From Longivirga aurantiaca (GTDB lineage: Bacteria; Actinomycetota; Actinomycetes; S36-B12; CAIYMF01), in contig NZ_JBHSTI010000008.1 of the NCBI RefSeq assembly GCF_042660085.1, positions 1,359,876 to 1,391,875 of the forward strand: 32,000 bases of DNA, read 5' to 3'. This document shows positions 21,460 to 30,594 of this stretch, piece after piece (position 1 is the stretch's first letter; each line of letters starts with the position of its first letter). The translations under genes and the position numbers were made by a program. The notes below the pieces were generated by a model, which was given only the letters and a program-made list of their open reading frames with translations, searched no databases and was not told where the DNA came from.

Positions 21460-22512
21460 ATGGGCAAGGAGTTCGGGGAGCCGATCGAGATCGAGGTCGA
21501 CGGGCACCTGGTGAAGGTGAGCAACCCCGAGCGGCCGTACTTCCCGACCGTGGGGATCACCAAGCGCGAGGTGGTGCAGCACTACCTCGACTGCGGCGAG
21601 GGGATCCTGCGCGCACTGCGCGAGCGCCCCACGACCCTCGAGCGCTGGCCCGGGGGAGTCGTGGAGGGCGCGCGGATCTCCACGCGCGAGGGCTTCAAGG
21701 GCGAGGCGTTCTACCAGAAGCGCGTTCCGCAGGGCGCGCCGTCGTACGTCGAGACAGCGCGCATCACGTTCCCGTCGGGACGCACCGCCGACGAGATCGC
21801 TCCGACCTCGCTCGCCGTGATCGCCTACGCCGCCAACCTCGGCACCATCACGTTCCACCCGTGGCCGGTGCGCATGCGGGACGTCGAGCACCCGGACGAG
21901 CTGCGGCTCGACCTCGACCCGCAGCCGGGCAGCGACTTCTCCGACGCCGTCGCCGTCGCGCACGAGCTGAAGGCCCTGCTCGAGGAGCTCGGCATGGTGG
22001 GCTGGCCGAAGACCAGCGGCGGCCGGGGGATCCACGTGTACGTGCGGATCGAGCCCCGGTGGGAGTTCACCGACGTACGGCACGCCGCGATCGCGGTCGG
22101 CCGCGAGCTCGAGCGACGTATGCCAGGGCGCGTGACCACCAAGTGGTGGAAGGAGGAGCGGCCCGACGGCACGATCTTCCTCGACTACAATCAGAACGCC
22201 CGCGACCGCACGATCGCCTCGGCCTACTCGATCCGCTCCAAGCCGCATGCCCCGGTGTCGATGCCGATCCGATGGGACGAGCTCGACGACGTGTCCCCGT
22301 CCGACTTCACGGTGCGCACCGCCGGCGCACGCTTCGCCGAGGTGGGCGACCTGCACGCGGGCATCGACGGCACGTCGTACGACATCACCCCGCTGCTCGA
22401 GTCGTACGCCCGCGACGAGGCCGACGGATTCCCCGACCTGCCCTACCCGCCGGACTACCCGAAGATGCCTGGGGAGCCCAAGCGCGTCCAGCCGAGCCGA
22501 GAACGCTCCTGA
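21460..22512 (+). CDS. LigD-type polymerase/primase-domain protein (non-homologous end-joining PolDom)
   Basis: 350-aa ORF: LSNPERPYFP-like VSNPERPYFPTVGITKREVVQHYLDCGEGILRAL, FHPWPVRMRDVEHPDELRLDLDPQPG, KTSGGRGIHVYVRI, FLDYNQNARDRTIASAYSIR, PVSMPIRWDELDD. Confidence 0.92.
   Translation: MGKEFGEPIEIEVDGHLVKVSNPERPYFPTVGITKREVVQHYLDCGEGILRALRERPTTLERWPGGVVEGARISTREGFKGEAFYQKRVPQGAPSYVETARITFPSGRTADEIAPTSLAVIAYAANLGTITFHPWPVRMRDVEHPDELRLDLDPQPGSDFSDAVAVAHELKALLEELGMVGWPKTSGGRGIHVYVRIEPRWEFTDVRHAAIAVGRELERRMPGRVTTKWWKEERPDGTIFLDYNQNARDRTIASAYSIRSKPHAPVSMPIRWDELDDVSPSDFTVRTAGARFAEVGDLHAGIDGTSYDITPLLESYARDEADGFPDLPYPPDYPKMPGEPKRVQPSRERS
22458..22497 (+). repeat. Direct-repeat copy A (3' end of LigD-PolDom gene)
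   Basis: cccgaagatgcctggggagcccaagcgcgtccagccgagc; matches copy B at 24792-24831 at 36 of 40 positions. Confidence 0.75.
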
Positions 22513-22589
22513 CCTGCGCCGATCGCATGTGTCGGGAGTAGCTCAACGCTTACTCACCAGACGACCTAGGTGCGTGACCGACTCATCGC

Positions 22590-23290
22590 GCGAGCGCCTC
22601 GACGACCTGCTGGTGTGCTTCCGCCGCGAGCTGCGGGCCTGGCGGACAAGGGCCGTGAGCCGGTCCTCGAGGAGTTCCCCTAGGGCGCCATCGCCGCGCA
22701 CCCGGGGGAGATGCTCGACGCCGAGCCGCCCCTGAGCGCGTCCACCGTTGCCATGCACGACCGCGGCCTCGCGTGGTTCCGCCGGTGGCTGGTCGCCGAG
22801 GACTCCCTGAGCGCCCACCGATGATCGGTTCGGAGAAGCCCAAGCCCCAGGAGAAGCCCGTCCCGGTCCTGACCGACGCCGACCTCGAGCGGCTGTGCAG
22901 GCCACATCCGGCACCCGGTTCGAGGACCGCCGCGATCACGCCATGATCAGCCTGCTGCTCGACGGCGGCCTGCGTATCTCCGAGCCCGCCAACCTCCAGG
23001 TCGTGGACGTGGACCTCGACGTGTTCGACGCTGTCCCGGTCACCGGAAAGGGCGGCAAGGCCCGCGCCGTGCAGTTCGATGCCAAGGCAGGCAAGGCCCT
23101 GGAGCGGTACCTGCGCGAGCGTCGCAGCAACAAGGCCGCCGGCACAACCGAAGCCCTCTGGCTCGGCCAGCGGGGCGCCCTGAGCTTCTGGGGCGTGGAG
23201 GAGCGGCTCAAGGTGCGCGCCGCGCAGGCCGGCGTCGAGAACCTGCGCGCACACCGCTTCCGGCACACGGTCGCCGCCGACGTCCTCTAG
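22590..23290 (+). pseudogene. Decayed tyrosine recombinase/integrase
   Basis: In-frame pieces ERLDDLLVCFRRELRAW, FRRWLVAEDSLSAH, PKPQEKPVPVLTDADLERL and QATSGTRFEDRRDHAMISLLLDGGLRISEPANLQVVDVDLDVFDAVPVTGKGGKARAVQFDAKAGKALERYLRER...LRAHRFRHTVAADVL lie in different frames. The C-terminal catalytic Tyr region is missing. Confidence 0.8.
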
Positions 23291-23338
23291 CGCGGAACGA
23301 GCGACGGCCCGACGGCATGGAGCGGCCCCCGGCAGCGC

Positions 23339-23731
23339 CTACACGAAGCCCGAATACGGGAACGGGGGCTCGTCGGGATCTCTCTTCCAGAACCCCTTCC
23401 AAGCCCGCAGGAAGCGGCGCGGGTTGAGGACCAACAGCGGCACCCACGCGACGCTAGTGACGACGAAAGTCGTCACGGCCGCCAACACACAAACGAGGGC
23501 GACGGTGCAGAGCCAAGGGGCTCCATCGTTCTGATATGGCCAGTCCGCCCATGGCGTCAGGATGAGGATGGCGACCAAGGACAGCGGCCATACGCCGAGG
23601 ATCGTCCCCAAGACTCTGGTGTCGCGATCCCGTGGGGGCCTATCGGCTGCTGGTGAGTCGGTCGCCTTGCTCTGCTCCTCGCTCAGCCGATCCAGGCTCT
23701 CCTGGATCGATTCATTCTCTGGAATCGCCAC
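23339..23731 (-). CDS. Small membrane protein (about 2 TM), paralogous N-terminus with the neighbouring gene
   Basis: VAIPENESIQESLDRLSEEQS then two hydrophobic segments. Likely GTG start at 23731; the ORF track extends to 23815. Confidence 0.6.
   Translation of the reverse strand: MAIPENESIQESLDRLSEEQSKATDSPAADRPPRDRDTRVLGTILGVWPLSLVAILILTPWADWPYQNDGAPWLCTVALVCVLAAVTTFVVTSVAWVPLLVLNPRRFLRAWKGFWKRDPDEPPFPYSGFV
23683..23731 (-). repeat. Duplicated 49-nt leader segment, copy 1
   Basis: Matches 24461-24509 at 46 of 49 positions; encodes (V/M)-x-IPENESIQESLDRL at the start of each gene. Confidence 0.8.
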
Positions 23732-23798
23732 AGTGGCCGCCTCCCAGTCGTCGTCTGCCGTACCGCTACCCGCAAGAGCGGGAGTGGTGACACGCGGT

Positions 23799-24509
23799 CT
23801 ACGAAGCATCACCATCGCTTCGCTCGCGCGTCGCGGGCACGCGGGGGCCGTAGTACTCGCGCCAGGCCTCGATGGTGTCCACGGCGTCTCGCGCCGTGTT
23901 GCAGCTCAGGGTGACGCACATGTTCTTGACCCGGGTGCCGCCGCCGGTCATGAGGATCTTCACCCCGTAGACCGTCCCGCCCTCGCCAACCGCCATGTCG
24001 GTGAACGCGCCGGCGACGTCTTGCCACGGGATGACGCGTTCCTCCCTCCAATACCACCTCCGGTAGTGGACGCCGTCAGCAGCGCAGAACAGGAACTGCC
24101 GGCGGAAGCCCATCTGCCAGCCGCCGAGCGGGGCGGACCGCGGGCCGAAGTCCTGGGCAGGTGGCCCCGGCACATAGCCGCGGACGGCACGCCGCCACCG
24201 CGGGAAGTCCACGATCATCCACGCCGCATGCACGAGGAACGTCGCGATCATGGCGGCACAACCCAGCACGAACACGCAGCCCAGCCAGTTGAAATCCTTG
24301 GGATGCGGCTCCACCACTGACGCGACGATGATGGCCAGGAATGCGGCGAGGAAGCCCAGGCAGAATCCGAGTGTCACCCGCCTCAGCCGCTTTGCATCGC
24401 GAACCGTTCGTGCGTGTGCAAGGCCCGCTTCCGTCGGGGCTCGTTCGCTCTGCGCTTCGGTCAGCCGATCCAGGCTCTCCTGGATCGACTCATTCTCGGG
24501 AATCGACAC
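23799..24509 (-). CDS. Membrane protein with two TM segments and a C-terminal PH-like region
   Basis: MSIPENESIQESLDRLTEAQS leader, two TM segments (FCLGFLAAFLAIIVASVV, LGCVFVLGCAAMIATFLVHAAWMIV), then FLFCAADGVHYRRWYWREERVIPWQDVAGAFTDMAV. Confidence 0.65.
   Translation of the reverse strand: MSIPENESIQESLDRLTEAQSERAPTEAGLAHARTVRDAKRLRRVTLGFCLGFLAAFLAIIVASVVEPHPKDFNWLGCVFVLGCAAMIATFLVHAAWMIVDFPRWRRAVRGYVPGPPAQDFGPRSAPLGGWQMGFRRQFLFCAADGVHYRRWYWREERVIPWQDVAGAFTDMAVGEGGTVYGVKILMTGGGTRVKNMCVTLSCNTARDAVDTIEAWREYYGPRVPATRERSDGDAS
24461..24509 (-). repeat. Duplicated 49-nt leader segment, copy 2
   Basis: Matches 23683-23731 at 46 of 49 positions. Confidence 0.8.
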
Positions 24510-24791
24510 GATGATCGCCTCCCGCCTTCATCGGTTCGGGGTAGACGGATCCGCCTTGTAGACAAGCGTCCTCTGCCTGCCAGCCTGATGCTCGCCGATC
24601 GGCCCCGACAGGTCGCCGACCCCGCGATGCAGCGGCGAGTGCTAGTTCACAGACTGGGCGATCGGCAAGACGATGCTCGCCCGGCGGTGGTGCTGGCCGT
24701 GCTCCCGCCGAACTCACCGGGCCACCTGCTCGGTTTCGCTGCGGGTTCGTGCGGGCTGAGCGTGTCGGGACATCCCTCCCGCCTCTGACAC

Positions 24792-24863
24792 CCCGAAGAT
24801 GGCCGGCGAGCCCAAGCGCGTGCAGCCGAGCAAGGACAAGGACCGCCCGAAGCCCTGACCACG
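24792..24863 (+). pseudogene. Orphan 3'-terminal fragment of a LigD-PolDom-type gene (direct-repeat copy B and tail)
   Basis: Encodes PKMAGEPKRVQPSKDKDRPKP*, matching the C-terminus PKMPGEPKRVQPSRERS* of the CDS ending at 22512. Confidence 0.72.
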
Positions 24864-24905
24864 GCAGCCGAGCCCGAGCTCAGGCCGGGGCCTCGCACTC
24901 CGGCG

Positions 24906-25466
24906 TCACTCTGACGGGGCGTTCGCCACGGCGAGGTACTCCGTCACGAACTCGCGAGTCTTGTCCGCATCGTCGCCGAACATCGTGGACATGACGCCCT
25001 CGTGGATCCACATGAAGCCCAGCACGGACTTTCCCGCTACGGACTCGCCCATTCCCACCGAGACGAGCTCGCCCGAGATGGTCTCGAGGGCGGCGGGGGA
25101 GTCACTCGTCGGGTCTGTCAGGGACCCGCGCAGCATCTGCTCCTGCATGTCCGGGTCCGAGAGCACGGGGCCCAGCTGGGCCTGGAGCAGCCAGGCTGCC
25201 CCTCCTGCCCCCTCCACCCGGTGAGCCGACACGGCCGTGAACATCTGAGGCATCTCGTCCGCGGTGGCCAGGAAGTCCTTCACATGCGCGATCTCGAGGT
25301 CTGTGGCCGTCGGATCCTGATACGTGTAGCCGTCCACCTGCACCAGCGGTGGTTCGCCGGGAAGCGCGGTGTGGGCGGTGCGGGCGGGGGCCGCGTCCCC
25401 GCCGCATGCGGCGATGACCAGGGCCGCCCCGAGGCAGACCATGAGGGAACCGACACGTCGTGCCAT
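24906..25466 (-). CDS. Hypothetical lipoprotein
   Basis: Start MARRVGSLMVCLGAALVIAACGGD (lipobox) at 25466. No recognised domain in the remainder. Confidence 0.7.
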   Translation of the reverse strand: MARRVGSLMVCLGAALVIAACGGDAAPARTAHTALPGEPPLVQVDGYTYQDPTATDLEIAHVKDFLATADEMPQMFTAVSAHRVEGAGGAAWLLQAQLGPVLSDPDMQEQMLRGSLTDPTSDSPAALETISGELVSVGMGESVAGKSVLGFMWIHEGVMSTMFGDDADKTREFVTEYLAVANAPSE

Positions 25467-25759
25467 GACGCACCTCCGGCGGGGCGACCGTGGCGCTGTG
25501 TCTCCAGAGGGAAGCCGTATCCGCACGGCTCGCTACCGCATCCAGGATCCCAGTCCGTGCGGGGCGAGGCAAAAGGTGGGTGCCGTCGTCGGAGGGCCGA
25601 CCTGGGCACGCGCACGGACGCCACCGGCCCAGATCCTGACGCTGAGCGCCGGTCCGGTGACGCGTCGTCACGTCGCGCACCGACACGCCGGAACCGCCAT
25701 TCAGGTCGCCGGATTCCGGTCGTCACGACCCTAGGCTCGCCGCACTCAGGAGGGTGGGC

Positions 25760-28700
25760 ATGGTGTCGGGTCGAGCGCAGGTTGCCGTTCGACGGGGGTT
25801 CGGGAAGGTTCGGCGGGGGATCAGGAAGGCCGTGTCGGCGACGACGGCCGCGTTGGTGGCCGCGTCCGTCCTGGTGCTCGGGCTGGGCTCGCCGGCATCG
25901 GCGGCAGGCCTCTGCGCGACCCCGGGCGGCAGCGGCGCGGGCGGCACGCTCACGGGCGTGGTCAACAGCTACTACCCGGGGGTGGGTGCCGCGGCCGCGG
26001 GTGCGACGAGCATCAGCGTCGGCGCGCGCTCGGGAGCGGCCACGCCCATCGCGGCCGGCGACATGCTGCTGGTGATCCAGATGCAGGGCGCCTCGATCAC
26101 CAGCACCAACACGGACGCGTACGGCGACGGCGTCGCCGGTGCACCGGCGTCCGGCTACACGGCGCTCGGCGGCAGCGGCTCGTACGAGTACGTGCGCGCG
26201 ACCTCGGCCGTCTCGGCGGGGGCGGTAGGCATCGCGGGCCTCGGTGCCGGGGGCGGCCTCATCAACGCCTACGCCACGGCTGCGGCGACGGCGACCGCGG
26301 GCCAGAGGACGTTCCAGGTGGTGCGGGTGCCGCAGTTCACCACCGCCACGACGAGCTCCAGCCTCACCGCTGCCGCGTGGAACGGCTCCGTCGGCGGTGT
26401 CCTGGCGCTCGACACCGCGTCGACCCTGACCCTCAACGGGACGTCGCGCGTTGACGGCCTCGGCTTCCGCGGCGGAGTCGGGATCCAGCGCAGCGGCGGC
26501 GCGGGGGCCAACACCGACGTCGTGCGCTCGTCGTCGGCGGGCAACGGCGGAACCAAGGGCGAGGGCATCGCCGGCACCCCGAGCCAGACGACCGCGACGA
26601 ACGGCTACCCGGGCGGCGACGTCGACCGCGGGGCCCCGGGCAACGGCGGTGGCGGCGGCACCGACGGCCGGCCTTCGGCCAACGACCAGAACACCGGTGG
26701 TGGAGGTGGCGGCAACGGCGGCGCCGGCGGTCTCGGCGGGAACGCCTGGTCGTCCGCGGTTGCCGCCGGCGGGTACGGCGGCGTCGCGCTCCCCGGGTCC
26801 TCGACCGTGGCGTTCCTCGGCGGCGGCGGCGGTGCGGGGACGGGCAACAACTTCACGGCGCCCAACTCCAACGGAGCAGCGGGCGGCGGCATCGTGCTGA
26901 TCCGCGCGGGCGCCGTGGCCGGTGCCGGATCGATCACTGCGAACGGGGCGTCAGCAGGCAACAGCACGCCCAACGACGGCGGTGGCGGCGGCGGTGCCGG
27001 TGGCTCGATCGTCCTGACCTCGCCGTCGGGCTCCCTCGCGGGAGCGACACTGTCGGCCAACGGCGGTCGTGGCGGCGACGCGTGGCGCACGCAGGCCGGC
27101 GCTGCGAGCGCGCACGGCCCTGGTGGCGGCGGCGGAGGCGGCTGGATCCTCACGTCGTCCGCTCCGACGGCGTCGTCGGTCAGCGGCGGCGTCAACGGGC
27201 TCACGACGACCGGCAACCTCGCGTTCGGCTCCCTCCCGGGGGCGGCTGGCCAGACCGGGACAGTGGCGCCATCGTCCATCCCGGGCGTGAGCGGCGGCGC
27301 CGAGTGCGCCGACCTGTCGATCACCAAGTCCGGTGCGTCGTCGGCGGTGGCGGGCGACGACATCTCGTACACGCTGACCGTCGCGAACGCCGGCCCATCC
27401 GCAGCGGCTGCGGTGCAGGTGGTGGACTCGCTGCCGGCGGGCACCACCTTCGTGTCGTCGAGCGCACCCGCCGGGTGGACGTGCACGCCGGCCGGCGACG
27501 TCTCGGTGACCTGCGCCCGTGCGAGCCTCGCCTCCGGTGCGTCGGCGGTGATCACCGTCGTGGTGACGGGTCCCGCCGAGGCGGCGTCCCTGACCAACCT
27601 GGCCGAGGTCTCGAGCTCGACGCCGGATCCCGATCCGTCCGACAACACCGCCTCGGCCGATACCGCGGTGACGGCGTCCGCGGACCTCTCGGTCGCCAAG
27701 ACCGGCCCCGCGACCGCCGTGGCCGGTATGCAGATCGCGTACAGCCTCACCGCCGCCAACGCCGGGCCCTCCACCGCCGTCGACGTCTCGGTCACCGACA
27801 CGCTCCCGACGGGTACGACGCTCTCCTCCTACTCCGCCCCTCCGGGCTGGACCTGCTCGTCGCTCGGGGACGTGTCCGTCACGTGCACGCGGCCGACGCT
27901 CGCATCGGGCGGATCGGCCGTCATCACCGTCGTGGTCGACGGGCCGCTCGAGGCCGCGTCGCTCACCAACGGCGCCGAGGTGACCAGCACCACCCCCGAC
28001 CTCGATCCGTCCGACAACACCGACTCCGTCGGCACGACGGTCACGGCGTCTGCCGACCTGGCCATCGTCAAGACGGGCCCGGCAACCGTCACGGCGGGCG
28101 GCACCGTGACGTACGGGCTCGCGGTGGCGAACAGCGGCCCGAGCACCGCCACCGCTGTCGAGGTCACCGACGCGCTCCCCGCCGGCGTCGTCCTCACCTC
28201 GGCCGACGGCCCGGGCTGGACCTGCACCGACAACGGCGACGGCACGGTCACCTGCACCATCCCGAGCCTCGCGAGCGGCGACAGCTCGACGATCACGGTC
28301 GTCGTCACGGCCCCGACCGAGGCCGCCACGCTCACCAACGACGCCGAGGTGTCGAGCACCACGCCGGATCCGGACCCGTCCGACAACACCTCGTCCGCCG
28401 ACACCGACGTGACACCGTCGGCCGACCTCTCCGTGGTCAAGACCGGCCCGGCCACGGCCGTCGCCGGCGGCACCGTGTCCTACACCGTCACGGTCGCCAA
28501 CGCCGGGCCGTCGACCGCGACCGATGTGGAGGTCGTCGACACGCTGCCCCCGGGTACGACGTTCGAGTCTGTCGCCGCGGGAGCGGCCTGGACGTGCACG
28601 AACGACGCCGACACGTCCGTCACGTGCACCGCACCGTCGCTGGCCCCTGGTGCGAGCGACGTCATCACCGTCGTCGTGAGCGCGCCCGCGGACCCCGCGA

Positions 28701-29725
28701 CGCTTACCAACGACGTCACCGTCTCCAGCGCCACCGACGACCCGGACACGGGCGACAACAGCGACTCGGCGGGCACCGTCGTCACCGCGTCCGCCGACGT
28801 GTCGGTGGTCAAGGGCGGGCCCGCAGCCGTCGCCTCCGGTGGCACGGTGACGTACACGCTCGTTGTCGCGAACGCCGGCCCGAGCGCGGCGCAGGACGTC
28901 GTCCTCACCGACACGCTGCCCTCCGGCGTCACCTTCGTCTCCGCGGACGGCGACCTGTCGTGCACCAACGCGGGCGACGTCACGGTGACCTGCGGCCCGG
29001 CGACGCTGCCAGCGGGTGGCACGGCCACCGTCACCGTGGTGGTGACGGCGCCCGTCGGCGCGGCGACGCTCGTGAACGACGTCGAGGTGCAGACGTCCAC
29101 CGACGACGCCGACCTCGGCAACAACAGCGCGAGCGCCACCACGGTCGTGGGCGCCTCCGCCGATCTGTCGCTCGTGAAGACCGGCCCGGCCGAGGTGGGC
29201 ACCGGCGAGGCGCTCAGCTGGACCCTGCAGGTCGCGAACGCCGGTCCGGACTCCGCTGCCGATGTCGTCGTGGTCGACACGCTCCCCGCGGGCGTCACGT
29301 TCGTCTCCGCCTCCGGGGCCGGCTGGACGTGCAGCAACGACACCGACGTGAGCGTGACCTGCACGCGGCCCACGATCGCGAACGCCGAGACGGTGCCCTC
29401 GATCACCGTGACCGTGCAGGCGCCGCGTCAGGAGGGCGCCGTGGTCAACGAGGCCCGCGTCGGCTCGACGACGGCGGACCCGGCGCCCGGCAACAACGCG
29501 GACGACGCCGAGGTGGCCGTGGTCGCGGTGGAGGAGCCGGGCGGTGGTGGCGGCGGCGGATCCGGTGGCTCCGGTGGCTCCGGCGGCTCGGGAGGTACCG
29601 GTGGCAACGGCGGCAACGGCGGTCTCACCGACACGGGCGTGAACGTGCTCCTCGAGCTGTCCGTTGCGCTCGCGCTGCTCGCGGTGGGCGTGATGCTGGT
29701 CGCCGCCGCCCGTCGCCGCGCCTGA
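25760..29725 (+). CDS. Large secreted surface protein: Gly-rich N-terminal domain, six DUF11-type repeats, C-terminal wall-anchor-like tail
   Basis: Signal peptide (AVSATTAALVAASVLVLGLGSPASAA). Repeat units start at about 27308, 27679, 28052, 28421, 28793 and 29159 (AD[LV][SA][IV]xKxGPA...NAGPS...LPxGxTF). C-terminal G/S linker then LTDTG-hydrophobic helix-RRR. AGGAGG at 25748-25753 favours ATG 25760 over GTG 25754. Confidence 0.9.
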   Translation: MVSGRAQVAVRRGFGKVRRGIRKAVSATTAALVAASVLVLGLGSPASAAGLCATPGGSGAGGTLTGVVNSYYPGVGAAAAGATSISVGARSGAATPIAAGDMLLVIQMQGASITSTNTDAYGDGVAGAPASGYTALGGSGSYEYVRATSAVSAGAVGIAGLGAGGGLINAYATAAATATAGQRTFQVVRVPQFTTATTSSSLTAAAWNGSVGGVLALDTASTLTLNGTSRVDGLGFRGGVGIQRSGGAGANTDVVRSSSAGNGGTKGEGIAGTPSQTTATNGYPGGDVDRGAPGNGGGGGTDGRPSANDQNTGGGGGGNGGAGGLGGNAWSSAVAAGGYGGVALPGSSTVAFLGGGGGAGTGNNFTAPNSNGAAGGGIVLIRAGAVAGAGSITANGASAGNSTPNDGGGGGGAGGSIVLTSPSGSLAGATLSANGGRGGDAWRTQAGAASAHGPGGGGGGGWILTSSAPTASSVSGGVNGLTTTGNLAFGSLPGAAGQTGTVAPSSIPGVSGGAECADLSITKSGASSAVAGDDISYTLTVANAGPSAAAAVQVVDSLPAGTTFVSSSAPAGWTCTPAGDVSVTCARASLASGASAVITVVVTGPAEAASLTNLAEVSSSTPDPDPSDNTASADTAVTASADLSVAKTGPATAVAGMQIAYSLTAANAGPSTAVDVSVTDTLPTGTTLSSYSAPPGWTCSSLGDVSVTCTRPTLASGGSAVITVVVDGPLEAASLTNGAEVTSTTPDLDPSDNTDSVGTTVTASADLAIVKTGPATVTAGGTVTYGLAVANSGPSTATAVEVTDALPAGVVLTSADGPGWTCTDNGDGTVTCTIPSLASGDSSTITVVVTAPTEAATLTNDAEVSSTTPDPDPSDNTSSADTDVTPSADLSVVKTGPATAVAGGTVSYTVTVANAGPSTATDVEVVDTLPPGTTFESVAAGAAWTCTNDADTSVTCTAPSLAPGASDVITVVVSAPADPATLTNDVTVSSATDDPDTGDNSDSAGTVVTASADVSVVKGGPAAVASGGTVTYTLVVANAGPSAAQDVVLTDTLPSGVTFVSADGDLSCTNAGDVTVTCGPATLPAGGTATVTVVVTAPVGAATLVNDVEVQTSTDDADLGNNSASATTVVGASADLSLVKTGPAEVGTGEALSWTLQVANAGPDSAADVVVVDTLPAGVTFVSASGAGWTCSNDTDVSVTCTRPTIANAETVPSITVTVQAPRQEGAVVNEARVGSTTADPAPGNNADDAEVAVVAVEEPGGGGGGGSGGSGGSGGSGGTGGNGGNGGLTDTGVNVLLELSVALALLAVGVMLVAAARRRA

Positions 29726-29789
29726 CCGTCGCGCACGACGCGCGTCGGTGGAGGTTTGGGCGCACCGGGGTGTGGGCATCTCCGCGCCT

Positions 29790-29924
29790 ATGAAGACGAC
29801 GTACGTCGGTGCCGCCCTGCTCACGGCCCCTTTCATGGCGGTCGTGGCCACGGGCATCGCGGTCGGGGCGGCCACCGCGGTAGCCGCCGACGCGCTGGTC
29901 CTCGCCCGGCGCATCAAGCACTGA
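29790..29924 (+). CDS. Small hypothetical membrane protein (44 aa)
   Basis: MKTTYVGAALLTAPFMAVVATGIAVGAATAVAADALVLARRIKH; one or two hydrophobic segments. Confidence 0.35.
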   Translation: MKTTYVGAALLTAPFMAVVATGIAVGAATAVAADALVLARRIKH

Positions 29925-29954
29925 CACCGGCGCGGCACGCACTAGCGTGACGGC

Positions 29955-30575
29955 ATGACGACGGTGCGGGTAGGGACCATGGCCGACCTCGACGCGGTCG
30001 TCGAGACCGTGGCGCTGGCCTTCGTCGGCGACCCCGCGTGGGACTACATGTGCGGACCGGGCAACGACGTCGCCGCCCGCGCGTTCGCCACCCTGCTGTA
30101 TGTCGGCCGTGCGCGCCGGGGCACCGTGTGGATCGCGGACGACGGTGCTGCGGTGTCGATGTGGGACCGCGTGGACGGCGTCCCCCTCACGGGCATGGAC
30201 GACCTCTGGCACGACTTCGTGGCCGCGGCGGGCCGTGACGTGGTCGATCGCGTCGAGGCCTACGACGCCGCCATCAAGACGCTCAAGCCGTCGGCACCGT
30301 TCTGGTACCTCGGCGTGCTCGCGACGCACCCCGACCACCAGGGCCGCGGGCTCGCGACCGCCGTGCTGGCGCCGGGCCTGGCCAACGCCGATGCCGAGGG
30401 GTGGGACGCGTGGCTGGAGACGTCCAAGCCGGGCAACAAGGACTTCTACGCCGGGCGTGGCTTCACCGACGTGCATCCGGTCGAGATCCCGGACGGGCCG
30501 CCGACCTGGTGGATCAGGCGGCCCGCCCGAGTAGGCCTCGTGCCGCGCCCGGCACCTGTCCGGCCCACGGCGTGA
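29955..30575 (+). CDS. GNAT-family N-acetyltransferase
   Basis: PFWYLGVLATHPDHQGRGLATAVLAPGLANADAEGWDAWLETSKPGNKDFYAGRGFTDVHPVEIPDGPPTWWI. Confidence 0.9.
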   Translation: MTTVRVGTMADLDAVVETVALAFVGDPAWDYMCGPGNDVAARAFATLLYVGRARRGTVWIADDGAAVSMWDRVDGVPLTGMDDLWHDFVAAAGRDVVDRVEAYDAAIKTLKPSAPFWYLGVLATHPDHQGRGLATAVLAPGLANADAEGWDAWLETSKPGNKDFYAGRGFTDVHPVEIPDGPPTWWIRRPARVGLVPRPAPVRPTA

Positions 30576-30594
30576 GAGCGGCTAGGCTTCGCGC

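Noticed and set aside
24414-24788. 124-aa plus-strand ORF in the putative element
   Set aside because: Starts inside the opposite-strand gene and runs into non-coding-looking sequence with no recognisable domain.
22498-24791. Possible defence or toxin-antitoxin module inside the putative element
   Set aside because: Only an integrase remnant and two uncharacterised membrane proteins are visible; no nuclease, helicase, NTPase or reverse-transcriptase motif supports a defence call.
26620-27150. Runs of ggcggcggc/ggtggaggt considered as nucleotide repeats or a CRISPR-like array
   Set aside because: They are in-frame codons for the Gly-rich protein domain with irregular spacing and no unique spacers.
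27308-29530. Regular ~370-nt periodicity considered as a mobile or CRISPR-type array
   Set aside because: The period equals the DUF11 protein-domain length and is fully explained by tandem coding repeats.
26951-29938. 995-aa minus-strand ORF and 903-aa plus-strand ORF (27082..29793) overlapping the DUF11-repeat gene
   Set aside because: Composition is Arg/Gly/Ala-rich low-complexity with no recognisable domain; these are shadow ORFs expected opposite a repetitive very high-GC gene whose own frame has a signal peptide and clear repeats.
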